Part shown: positions 11,083 through 22,939 of the stretch, in pieces
How the letters are laid out: each line of letters opens with the position of its first letter
How positions within the stretch are numbered: the stretch's first letter is position 1
NCBI GenBank assembly: GCA_047495785.1
Contig: JBLDXI010000029.1
Location: 1,054,001-1,118,000 of the forward strand
Length of the DNA: 64,000 bases
Direction of reading: 5' to 3'
Source: Lepidodermella squamata
Lineage: Eukaryota > Animalia > Gastrotricha
Made by a program: the position numbers and the translations under genes
The notes under the pieces: model-generated
Database searches by the model: none
What the model was told of the DNA's origin: nothing
Seen by the model: the letters and a program-made list of their open reading frames with translations, nothing else

Positions 11083-12924
11083 ATATTTCCTCACATTTCA
11101 AACTTTCTGGATCGACGGCGACTCTCGCATTGATTTCGACTTGGCTCTGCTGGAAGATAAAGATGTTACGCTGCCGCTTCAGTTCTCAGCTGACCTAGAC
11201 TCGTTATGCCAACAAGCTACTTTTCTTCCGCCTCAACAACTCTACGAAATTAGCGACCGCAAAAATCTCAGTCGATGAGCTGCTGGAAGGTGATGTAGTT
11301 GTCGGATCGAAAGAGTTCCAACTCGCGGCGACCGGCGACATCATTGGCCCAACGCTGGCGATTGACAGCCAGGTTCGCCTGCCGACAGGCTGTGGTGAAG
11401 AGACCATGATCAAATTTGCTCCTAACGTCTACATCTACAAGTACCTGGATGCGAATGGGTTGCTGACTGACGAACTTGAGGCCACGATAAAAAATTTCAT
11501 CGATGAAGGTTACAAGCACGAACTCAAATATCAACACGAAGGCGGTGGCTTCAGCGTGTTTGGCGAAAGTGATGGACAGGCAAGCACATGGCTGACAGCG
11601 TTCGTTCTACGTTGCTTCCACGCTGCTCAAAAATACCTAGAAACCAGCATCGAGACCCGAGTTCTGGAGCTATCATGGTCGCATATCAAAAGCAAGGCTC
11701 AGGATGATGGCCTTTTCGAAGACAAGGGTCGCATGTACGACTTCGGGCTGAAAGGTGGTGCAACAAGTGACGAAACCCTTGCCGCCTACATCTACACAAC
11801 ATTTGCCGAGGCTGGTGGAAACAAGGAAAACTACGGCTGGAAATCGCTGGTAAAAACTCGGGCTCTCATTTTTGCAGCGGCTGAATGCGACGACGCCTAC
11901 CGTCTAGCATTATCCGCCTACGCTATGTCCATTCTTCCAGAAGACAAGGTCAATTCACTGGTCATTTTGAGCAAGTTGATGTCTCTTGCAGTTGAAGATG
12001 GAGATGGTGTCGTGCATTGGAATATATCGCCGGAATCCAACTCGATCGAAATCGAAACAGCTGGCTATGCGATTTTGGCGCTGGTTAATCATGGTAAGGT
12101 CGAGAAAGCGATTTCGGTTGCTCGTTGGTTGATGACAAAACGCAACTCGAACGGCGGCTTCATATCGACTCAGGACACCGTTGTCGCCCTTCATGCCTTG
12201 GCCGAGATTGCTTCACACCTCGTCAACGCCGACTCAGCTTCACTGACAGTGGCATCCAGGCTCGTGTTCGAAGATGCACCCGATGTCGATCATCAATTCC
12301 ATATTGATGAAGTAAATTCCCGTGAATTCCAGCTTTTTGAACCAGAAAACCAGCAATCGCTGCGAAAAGTCGAGATTTCGATCTCAGGAACCGGCAACTT
12401 GCTGGTTCAGCTTTCGTCTCGCTACCACGTTCACACAGCCAATTCTAAACTTCTGGACTCTGGCGACATCGAAACAAAAATATCTTCACTTGATGTCGCA
12501 AATGATTTCTCATTGACGCCCAAAATTTGCATCAGGTATGTTTTATCAATTTAGTACATGAGGGATTTTACTTGAATTATACAGTGCCTTGACTGATCGA
12601 GTGGAGCGGGGTGGTATGGCTCTGCTCGAACTGGAATTACCAACTGGCTACACCGTCGATCAATCTGATACCAAGTCGGCTAATCAGGCTGAATCCTTAC
12701 TGAGCCTGATCGAATTTCCGACCCAACCTAAACAACGCAAGGTTGTGTTCTATTTCAACAAATTGATGAAAAACCGCGAAGTATGTGTGACTGCTGCGAT
12801 GCGTTCGATTGCTAAAACTGGTGACGTCAAGCCAGCGATCGCTCGAGTCTAGGCCTACTACTCGCCCAATCTCATGTTCAAAACGACTGATTACACCCCA
12901 ATTTGGACCAGCGTCACAGCGTAG
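11083..12924 (+). pseudogene. Thioester-containing protein (TEP/CD109/alpha-2-macroglobulin family), C-terminal half
   Basis: GDIIGPTL...RLPTGCGEETM, STWLTAFV, GGFISTQDTVVAL and the receptor-binding domain GMALLELELPTGY. In-frame TAG at 12850 just before AYY, frame break near 11195, and no N-terminal half. Confidence 0.85.
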
Positions 12925-13238
12925 AGCAATCCATTTTATTACTTTCTTTGAGTTCGGCTCACCTTAATTTTCATGAATTTGCAATGATTTTCTTAAACAA
13001 TAGAGGTCAGATCTGCTCCATGTTTTGACTCAGATTTTGAAGTAAAAGAATTAAACTTGAACGTTGTCTCATCCAAATATGTATTGACTCGCAGTTTGGA
13101 GCTGCTTTCATTAAAAAAAGCAGATCAAAAGCTGAGAAAATAATAATGGATCTGAAGCGCAATTTGATAATTGGAAAAGACAATTGGAAATTGTTTCTTG
13201 GTTGTCGATAATTGCAACAATCATAATTAGTGATGACC

Positions 13239-13244
13239 TATAAA
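13239..13244 (+). promoter_or_regulatory. Putative TATA box of the cationic protein gene
   Basis: TATAAA about 100 nt upstream of the ATG at 13341; an AATAAA lies near 14000. Confidence 0.45.
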
Positions 13245-13340
13245 GCCCCATCACTCAGTCACCACTACCATCATCACCAACCGATTTCCCTTTATTTTCA
13301 AATATTCATTCCTTCTTCATTTTTCAAACGTCAAGTCAAG

Positions 13341-13901
13341 ATGCGTTTCGCTTTCGCTTTTGCCGTTGCTGCCCTGATGGCTCTCGGTTTTAAGACTTCA
13401 TCGATTGTATGGTGAATTTTCATTTTCCTCTCTTTTACAGCCTTCACCGAGACCGAAGCCGGTCGCGGCAAGCCGAATAAGGAAGTTTCCCGAAGCTTCT
13501 CGTACAGCGTCTCGAAGAGCGGCTCGTACCAGAAGAACAAGCGGCCGGCGAAGAACTTCGGCAAGAAGTTCGTCTCGAAGCGCAACAAGCGCCGCGGCTC
13601 GTACTCCAAGTCGGTGTCCGCGTCGGTGTCCGCCCGCACCAACAAGCACACCCGCAAGGTGTCCACCAAGAAGTTCAAGCGCGTGCACCAGCGCATGTCC
13701 AAGTCTGGCTCGTACTCGCGATCGGGCTCGTTCGGCGGCCGCAAAAACAAGCGTCACGGCAAGTTCAACAAGAAGGCTGGCCACAAGAAGTTCGGCGGCA
13801 AGGGCAACAAGGGTCGCAAGGGCCACAAGAGCGGCAGCTACTCCGCCTCCAACAACTTCTCGTACAGCGTCGCCGTCGAAACTGGCGCCGCTCCCTACTA
13901 A
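13341..13901 (+). CDS. Orphan secreted Lys/Arg/Ser-rich protein, 168 aa (exons 13341-13386, 13441-13901)
   Basis: Signal peptide MRFAFAFAVAALMALAFTETEA, a 54-nt GT-AG intron, strongly C/G-ending codons and a paralog at 8301. Confidence 0.85.
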
Positions 13902-14137
13902 AATGAAAATATTGCATCATGATCAAAGAAGCTAATAATGACTTCGAATCATTGCAGATTTTTTTATGCAGTTGTGTGAAATACGATTTTCATCAAACAA
14001 ATAAAAATCAAAGTCCACTCCTCAAAATGCTGCTCTTTGTATTAGGTTTTCCTGTATCGCTGTATTTCTGTATTGCCTAGTCATACTCGTTTCAATTTTT
14101 GATCTTCATAATCTTCAAAACTCTTATAAACAGCCAA

Positions 14138-14219
14138 GCTGCTATGCCCGAGTGGTTAAGGGGTCTGACTTGAAATCAGATGCGGTCTCCGCGCGTAGGT
14201 TCAAATCCTACTGGCAGCG
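14138..14219 (+). tRNA. tRNA-Ser(TGA)
   Basis: Identical to 4072-4153. Confidence 0.95.
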
Positions 14220-15399
14220 AATATTTTTTATACCACTGTAGTTGAGAATTGTAGGTAACCTTTTCAACTTCACAATCGCAACATCGCGGCTCCCTTCCCC
14301 CTTCAGCCAACTTTCGATTTATTCGATATATTTTTAGGAATGAAATAAATAATAAATATTATATATTATTCTGAGTAGTGTTTAACAATTACTCGCATAT
14401 TTTTCAAGTGTTCTGCCCTCAACACCGGGAAGAATTCCTTAATTTCTGGCAGGGCTTTCGGTGGAAATTCATGGGTTGCCCGCCCGAGGTAGACACTATA
14501 ACCCCAGACCCTAACCCCTAACCCAAGCTCGGCTCCCGCGCCAAAGTAGTCCCAGAAAAATGGATTACAAAGGGCGAGATATGCGACAAAAGCTGGTAGT
14601 AAAATACACGATGTGCATTGCCATTTCACTGTTTGAGGTAGCGTTATTCGTGCTTTTAGCGTTTAAATATTCCTTGAGAAAGTCATCGGTTCAGCTTCAA
14701 TAAAGGCTACACTTGAACTACATTATTTTTATGTTTTAAAGAGCCGCTCTGAAAGCGACTGACCCCTCCGGAAGTGGCCCCAGTTAAGGAGCCACCAACC
14801 CGGAACGTTCATCAACGGCCGACTAGACCAGCTGTTGACAGCCAGTCAAGTGCGGCCAAGTTCGCGCTCAGGGCCAGTCACCACGTCTCGTCATCGCGGT
14901 TTGGGTTTGTCGTCAGATGAGGCTGACGTTGGGGCAAAACTTAATAAAGTAATGATCCCAAGAAGTATGATCTTAAAAATGAAGGAGGGCCAGCCAGCTC
15001 GAGCGCGTTCTCGAATGATAAGCATCCAATTTAGGCAAACAATTTGCATAGTCTACAGTTTTTGTTCAAAAAAATCAGACAACTCGTGTCGACGAGAATT
15101 GAACTCGAGCCGCATAACAACGTTTAGCAAAAAATTCTTGTTGGAAGCTTGTTGATCAGCACAGAGCGAGTGCACGTGCTCAATAATCAATCTTAAGATG
15201 AATCACAATAGCACGGCACTTCTGTATTCATCTTGCGATCACTACGATGACTCATCTTGCGAATGCGATCGTTCGATTGAATCTGCGCATTATAAAGCTC
15301 GTACTTTGGGAGCTGCATCCAACGACCATCAGTGAATCTCAATTATATTCTTAGTTCATATATGTATACTGTGCACCAGTTTTGCCATCTTTAACAGCA

Positions 15400-15828
15400 A
15401 TGCCTTACGATCAGAAATACGCTCAGCATCAAGGTACTTGCTCCGGTCACTGGAAAGGCAAGCCGCAAGGAACTAGCTATACAGGCAGTGGTTGTTGGGC
15501 ATGTGCCAAAGGTAGAAAGCTCCCAGTCTGCTAGCTTCTCCGCAATATCAGTCGTCTTGATCTTTTTTAAGGTTGTGCAGTTTTGAGCGTTCTCGCTTTG
15601 AAGAATCTGGAGCCGAATGAATCCAACATTAAAGCTCATCTGAACGGTTCAGCTGATTGCACCTGGGCCGGCTTCCGGCAGGCTGCCGATCCGGCATACC
15701 CATTCATCGCCGATGTCGGCAACCATTTCGTCATTGTTGAAAGTGCCACAGCTGTTTGGGATCCCAACGGCGGTCGCGTCACCCAGGTTTCTGGCTACAC
15801 GATCAAACGGAAGTTCGGGAAGATCTAG
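15400..15828 (+). CDS. Small C39-like (papain-fold) cysteine peptidase, 122 aa (exons 15400-15511, 15572-15828)
   Basis: The spliced product has YAQ...W...GCAVLSVL...NHFVIV...VWDP. TATAAA lies near 15291 and there is an acceptor just before the ATG. Confidence 0.65.
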
Positions 15829-17137
15829 CTTTTAAATAAGATATGCATAAAATGTTGACAAGAACTACTGCTCAATTATAGAAGCTCTGTTTATCCAAGA
15901 TTTTTGAACTTCTTATTATTCTGCCTTGATAATGATCATTAAATTCTGCAATGATTTGGTTATTTTCTGTTTTTTGAAGGATTTCCAACTTCGTATAAGT
16001 ATGCCTCTTAGCATGGTGAATAATTATTTCCACTAGGGTCATTATTTTTCAAACCGTTTCATGAGCCATCAAGGTGCTCACCGAAAATTATGACTGCTGT
16101 TTTTGACGAAATCTTGTTCAGCCTTTGAAATTCAAGTCGGTCAATCGAAAATGGTGACCCGTTATTGACCTGTTTGCGGATTATTAAGTGGAAAGCATTA
16201 TTTAAAAATATTTAAAAATGCATTAAAATAAGATTCCTTCAAAGAACCAGGGGTCAAAATTGTTGGTGATTCATTAGACGGTTTGAAAAATAATGATTCA
16301 CCATCAGTTTTCTATACAAATGACCCCATCGCCGAAGTCTGACGGGTAATTAGCGGATTGTAAGCTACTATAATCTGTTTATTTAGCTCGTTGTTTACGT
16401 CAATACACGGAATATAGACAAATTTGCACCGGCTCCTGTTTCATACCAATATCAGGTTTAAACAGCCGCTGCTTTTGTGTGCGCCTCATCGAGCCAACAG
16501 AAGTGGAATGCTTGTTTTTTTGGATCCACTCCATCTGTTCAATTGTCAGCAAAAAATAATCTTTCGTGTTTTCTATACACCCGAGCAAACACGGCTCGCG
16601 TTTTACCAACTCTACTAAATTTTATTGCTCTTTCACTTTTGCTCCGTTGGAATATATGCACAAAATCAGACTAGAGGCAGGTATTCTCGGCGAATACAAG
16701 TGAGATTGCAGTGGTGTTGGCGCGGCAAGGTAGTACAATGACAAAAGAGAGCGAGACACAGGAAAATTAGACGTCGCGGGAAAACACGCAGCTCTACGAT
16801 CCAAAAAAATTGTGCATATATGAGAATAGATACAGAAGATGATGTTCTTCTCAGCAATCATCAAACAAAATCGAAATATATATATTTATATAACCAATCA
16901 TCAATCAATCAGCGCAGAGAATTTGTTTCAGCGAACAGAAAAAAATCAGAAAATTATTTCTCTCTCCTCTTCTTCTTCATTTTTGAGCAGTGTTTCAGCT
17001 TTTTTCGCGGTTTTCTGTAAACATTTTTTATTATTTATGCAAATTTTTCTGTTCAATAGAAAGAGACCAGATAATGTTTTTAGCATAACTAGCATCGTCC
17101 TTTTGTTGCGAAACGTTTTTCTGGACGCTCTGGACCC

Positions 17138-20100
17138 TCAAACCGCCGCCGCTTTTTCAGGCTCGCACGGCGCCTTTTCACTCGCGACTTCTCGGCTGCT
17201 GCTGCAGCAGTCGACGATCGCCTCGTCAGAGTCGTCGAGCGCCGCTCCGACGCTCCGGCAGTCCGGGCACTTGGCCACGTTGTCGGGGATCGACTTCTGG
17301 CAGCGCGGGCACACGCCCTCGTGCGACTTGCTCTGCCCCGCGACCGGCGCGACGTCGACCGGGCTCGCCGAATCGGGCGCTTTGTTCTCGTTCGCCGCCA
17401 AACTCGCGTTTGAGCTCGAATTCACTGAGTTCACCTTACCGAGAGAAAAACAGAAAAAATATTAAATAAAACAAACAAGTGTATAACTTCGACACTTGAA
17501 TCGTAAATTATTTCAAGCATGCGCAATTCAACAATTGGACTTTCAGAATCATCATTTCAAGAGCTGGAATTTATTGATAAAATCGACTATTTGCCAAATT
17601 TTGTTACCTTTGCCCAATTTTTCCGAGTAAATTGCGAATAAAATTGAAAAGAAGGTCAAAAAGTTCGAAGTGCTCCCGTGGGAATCTCCACTTCAATTTC
17701 CTTAGACGATTTAATTTAATCTAATTTAATTTTGGAAAAAACCAGTTTTAGCTAGGGCATATGAACGGAATTTGAATTTCCCTTGGAACCTAATAAATTT
17801 ATGAAGTAGGACTGATGATATGTTGGTTGAGGCTATATCGAGATTGCAGCAATAAACACTGTGCCATCTCTTTTGATCTTCATATTTTCTCGACAACCAG
17901 GCAATAAAATCGAAAAGCTAATATGAATTCGCGGAGGCACGATTAGGTTGTTTTGAATCAGCTAAGATTTTCAGTCAGGAAAAAAGTTGATTCAGACGAA
18001 TTTTCGGATTTTACTTATTGCGGAACTGAATTTGGATGATAAATAAAGATCCTCAAGAACGACATTTTAGGATAAACCACTCAAATTATTTGCAATACTC
18101 TAAATATTTGTCGTCACTTCGATTAGCCAACTGTGCCGCTTTTTCCAATACCATGTGGCAAATCGCTTTGCTTGCAAAATATTTTTAAGCTGGAGCGAAC
18201 TTATCAAAATTTAGGTTTTGCTAACAGATGCGGTTTTTCAATTTATGAACTATTTCTATGTTTTGCAAATGATTACCTTGTGATGATTCTTCTGATTGCG
18301 ATCGTTCATCTCACCAGCTCTGCCGCCCAATCGCTGAAAAACGCTGCCACCACCAGCCGAATTATTTTGCCGGTTATTACCGCCCCGCAACGCTCGATTG
18401 TTGATGCCATTCTGCTGCTGCTGTTGCTGATGATGATGGCCCTGTTGCTGGTTCTTCTGGTTATTATTAAAATTGCTGCTACCACCATTGTTGTTATTGC
18501 CATTCAACCGATTGTTATTGAAACGACCGTTTTGACTTTCGCCCTTATTGCTATTATTGTTACCATTATGGTGATGATTATTCACCTGGTGATTCGCGTG
18601 GTGAACATGCTGCTGTTGTTGTTGCTGCTGTTGCTGCTGAGGAGGAGGGGGATGGTGAGGCTGGTGATGGTGGTGGAAATTGTCGTTCGGCATCGCAACT
18701 TGCGGCGGAACTTGCGCGACATTCTGGCCGGGTGCAGCCGCGAAGAAATTCATGCCTTCAACCGGGGTCAACGGAACCTGGTGACCGGGTGGCGCAAAAC
18801 CGGGCGCAATGAAATTCTGCCCGCCATTCTGCAGCATCAACGGGGGCGGAACGTTCTGGGGCGAGACGAACTGTTGCTGCTGGGGTTGAACTTGCTGTTG
18901 CTGCGGCTGGGCCGCGTGGTGGTCCGGGTAGAACTGGGTGAAATTCGGCGCTTGCTGGTGCGGCCACTGGTGGTGGGCTAGTTGCTGGCCGTTCGCAGCG
19001 AAAAATTGAGCCTGTTGAGCAGCTACGGCCGGGTTGAATTGCGGATGCCCGGCGAATTGAGCAAGTTGAGGCGGCTGGTGCTGCTGCTGTTGCTGCATAG
19101 CAGCGACCTGCGGCGGCGCCTGGTGGTGCTGGTGGGGGTGGTGAGGCATTTGCAGGGGAATGGCGCCCTGTGGAATGAGGACATTGGGCCGGATGCCGGC
19201 GTTTTGGTGGCCGTTTTGCTGTTGCTGAAGGTGCAGTTGCTTGTTCATCACATCCAATTCTTCCAACTAAATAGAAAATAAATCAATTAGTCTCATCCTC
19301 TAATTAACTGCTCCTAACAACTATTTAATGCATTCGAGCTAAATTAAGAATGGGTCTGCCGAATCCACATCCCAAATTAAGAAGCCCTGCATTAGATTTT
19401 CCCAAAATGTGGGTTTTGCAGGTTTTTTCATGACTCATTGATAGACCTCATTATTACGAATATTTTTTCCAATATATTTCAGCATTCAGAGCCGATATTG
19501 ATTTCCACAATCGATTTAAAAATCAATTTCCGATGCATTTTTCGCCCAATTCATCACATTTGATCAAAAAAATAAGTAAAAAAAATCGTATAAAACTAAA
19601 AAATGAGCGGTGAAACTTCTATCTTAGAGGGAGAAATGATTAGACCTTATCTCAATTTATCGTATTTTCTGAGATGTTTTATCAACCTTAGCTTGATTGG
19701 GAGCCAAAATAGGCGGCTTGATTACATTAAATTATATCGTCCTAATATTTTACTTAGTCGACAGTGTAAGTATGTTTGGGTGACTCGCTATAGGCAAATA
19801 AACGACTCAACTGCTTGGTATGGCCATTTCGTGCGCATCGATTATTGTAAAATTATCGCTTCAACATTCAAGATGACATCAAAACAGCCATTCCTTCGCA
19901 CAATTCCAGTAGTAGTGTTTGTTTTAAAGGACAAAAAATCTAGGTACATTCTCTCCGGCTCAAATCGATTTTAACGGTATTTCCGCTCCATTGTGCATTC
20001 AGAATTAAGCTTTTCGAAATATAAGCTGATAAGAATCGTTCTGAGATATCGAGATTTCCGTTCTTTAAAATTTCCCCAGGCGACATGAATTTTTGAACGA

Positions 20101-20982
20101 AAAAATGGCAGGATAAATAAAATATTTTAAGGTCGCTACAGCAACAAAATTCCACGCAATTCTTAGTAATGATGAAGGCTTAATGAGCCAAATCGACAAG
20201 TAATGCACTTAAATTGTTCTAAGGTCTAAAAAAATCGCCTTGTTTTCTTACCCGTGCTTCCAGCATGTTGATCTTGCTCTGCTGCATTTGTACGATGTGC
20301 TCCAAATGGCGAACTTTCTCGCTGTCGGGCAGATATTGAACCTTGCTCAATTCCTGATCGAGCTGCATCTGCTGCTTCTGCTGGTGCTGGGCCAGATTGT
20401 TCGTCGTCGTAATTTGCAGACCTCGCAGGCCAAGTTGAACCGTGCGCACTTCGGCCGGTTGCAGCTGGGGTGAGGTGAAATCTGAAACTTGTTGGTGATA
20501 CATCGGCGCATCCTTCTGCGGCACATTATTCGGTTGCATCTGATGCGGCGGCTGTTGGTGGTGATTATGATGATGGGCGTGGTTCATCATATTCGGCGGC
20601 GAAATCGGGTTCGGGAAAGCTTTGCCATCTTTGTTGCCAACATTTTGATTGTTATTGTTGTTATTGACTTGACGAAATTGGCCGTTTTGCTTGTGCTGCG
20701 ATGAACTCTTGAATTTAACTTGCAAATTTTGGCCGTGGAAAAGCTGATTGTTCAACGCGTTTATCGCGTTTTGAGCCTCAGCAACCGAGCTCATTTCAAC
20801 TATGCCATATCCCTCTCGAACGTTTAGTCGCAGCACACCATGGGGATGCAAGACCGGCTCCAGCATAGCCTAAACATCAATTAGATATCTCAAGACCCAA
20901 ATGTCAGCTTATTACTCACCTTGGTGGTTCCTTTCGGCAAATTTCCAACATACAAAACATTTGATGGCTGAACAACGGACAT
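17138..20982 (-). CDS. RRM protein with Q/N/H-rich low-complexity region, coiled coil and C-terminal CxxC-CxxC zinc ribbon (4 exons)
   Basis: RNP2 LYVGNLP (exon about 20920-20982), RNP1-like EGYGIVEM, AQNAINALN, poly-Q/N exon 18285-19266, and CPRC...CPDC in the last exon. Confidence 0.8.
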
Positions 20983-21766
20983 ATTTCAACAGGAGTTGAT
21001 TACAATTAGCAAACCTCCTACAAAATAGAGCAGACATTAACCGAGTTTAATTTATTCAAACAAATTATTCATTGTAAATTTGAAACATTGTGACCATGAA
21101 ACGAATATTTGGTTAGGCATAAGAGACAGCCGAACAGGTAAAGAGGTGCGTTGTCAAGCGACCGATATTCATTGAAAGATTTCACATCACCTAGGCTTCC
21201 GCACCTCGATGGAAAAGCTATTAGGATCTACCCATCAGAAAATAGGTGTACAAAATATTTGGAACAGTTTCAAGTTCAACAATTAAGCATGGAGTTATCG
21301 ACAAATAAATAATGGTTTGTGGTCTAGCTAACGCCAAAGCTAACTCGAAAATTATTTGCTGATAATATCAAGCAAGCTTCAAACCAATTGAAAGCTGAGC
21401 ATGTTTCCTTAGAATTATTAAACCAACCTGGTAGATTCACGCGGGAACATATACGCAAGATGCAAGTAACTAGGCTCGCCCACGGAGATAACCAAATCAT
21501 GGCAAGGCGAGATTCGAGTAACTTAAATTAGGCTCAATTATGCCGATTATTTATGAAGTGAATAACCGGATAATCAAGGCGGATAATCGAACGACATTGA
21601 TATAGAAATTAACTCTCGTCAAACATCAAACACTCAAGTATTGATCAACAACGGTATTATGAGCCAGTGTCAGTTTCGAAATGTTGATAGACTTAGCTGA
21701 AGCTATAAAACAGCACGGCGTTTCAAATGGGTCAGAATGGCAACGGATATAAAAATACTCCATGGT

Positions 21767-22060
21767 TCAAATTGTTGGGACAGTTTGCCTGGTGGGACTG
21801 GAAGCAGCTGTTTCATGCTCCGTAGCTGTTGTGGCGGTGACAAAAGCCTCAGCGGAGACAATTTCCTCGCCGTCCTTGATGCCGAATCGCCACATAGTAC
21901 CACCTTTGATCAATTCTTGATGCTGAATCTGATGATTATTGCCCCATAGCGGCAATTGTCGGCTTTCTCCCTCCGCTCTTGCCAACACGCGGAAAGTATC
22001 GGCGGAGTCTGCTTCCAGTCGACCGATTACTTCATACGATTTGACGTGGATCTCAGCCAT
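21767..22060 (-). CDS. Hypothetical 97-aa protein
   Basis: ATG-initiated ORF with globular, beta-rich composition in AT-rich surroundings. No recognised family. Confidence 0.45.
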   Translation of the reverse strand: MAEIHVKSYEVIGRLEADSADTFRVLARAEGESRQLPLWGNNHQIQHQELIKGGTMWRFGIKDGEEIVSAEAFVTATTATEHETAASSPTRQTVPTI

Positions 22061-22939
22061 TTAGGAATTAACTTAACACTACTAAAACAGACAATCGTGA
22101 GTTAGCAGAATCCCAGCAAAAATCAAACAGAAATGAAATAGAACCGCTCTCTATCCATCTTGAAAAGTCGCCCATTAACTTGGGCGAGACTCCCAATTCT
22201 GGAGATGCCATTCAAGTGCTATTTGGTTTTCCTGAACTTTAAAATTATAAGTTTTTGCTACCCTGAATTGAGGTCATTAGAATTGGGACAAGGACAGCCA
22301 GCAGATAGCGCAAGAATAAAAGCGACAACTACAACAAAGTAAGACATGCAAAGCCACAAGCCCCAAGCCACAAGTTACTTGACGTGAAGGGAGAGGCGCA
22401 GCATCCAGCGTCCTGGACTTGGCCATCAGAGATAAGCTCCAGTTTTGGCGAACGCTTTTTAACAGGTCAAGGTCGTAAAATACAGTTAATAATAATTTGT
22501 GCTTACTAAGAGTATGTGCGCACTTTTGTTCATTTTGCATTTCTGATTGCGCGGGAAATTTAACGAATGATCGGCTGCCCACGTGATTTGGGGTTGGGGT
22601 CGGCTTTTGTCGGCTCAAGAAGTTTTTGTTGAAAGGAGGTTGACGTTTCATGTTTCCTTGTACTTATGCTGCGTTTTTCTTGAACTTATCATCTGGTGCA
22701 GCATATTTCCGCTCAGATTAATATTGAATAGAGGATTGCTACATGATTGCCATGTGTCTTGGATATTTTTACTGACTGTTCGATTCCTTCAATGCAATAT
22801 TGAATGTTGAATGCCAAATGCTCTTTGCTTGAGTATTTCTATCATCTTCACATTGTAACTAATCCGTCTCTTGTATTACATTGAAGCTATAGTTCTGTTT
22901 ATTTCTGGCATATTTGCCGGAAACGGCTGATGCATCCCA

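Noticed and set aside
13331-13935. Several overlapping ORFs on both strands, including the protamine-like 176-aa frame
   Set aside because: These are by-products of GC-rich codon bias. Only the frame joined to the signal-peptide exon fits the splice sites.
14509-14524. CCCTAACCCCTAACCC telomere-like repeat
   Set aside because: Only about two imperfect units; compatible with chance.
18133-19281. Long hydrophobic + strand ORFs (282 aa, 99 aa)
   Set aside because: They are antisense shadows of the poly-Q/N exon of the RRM gene.
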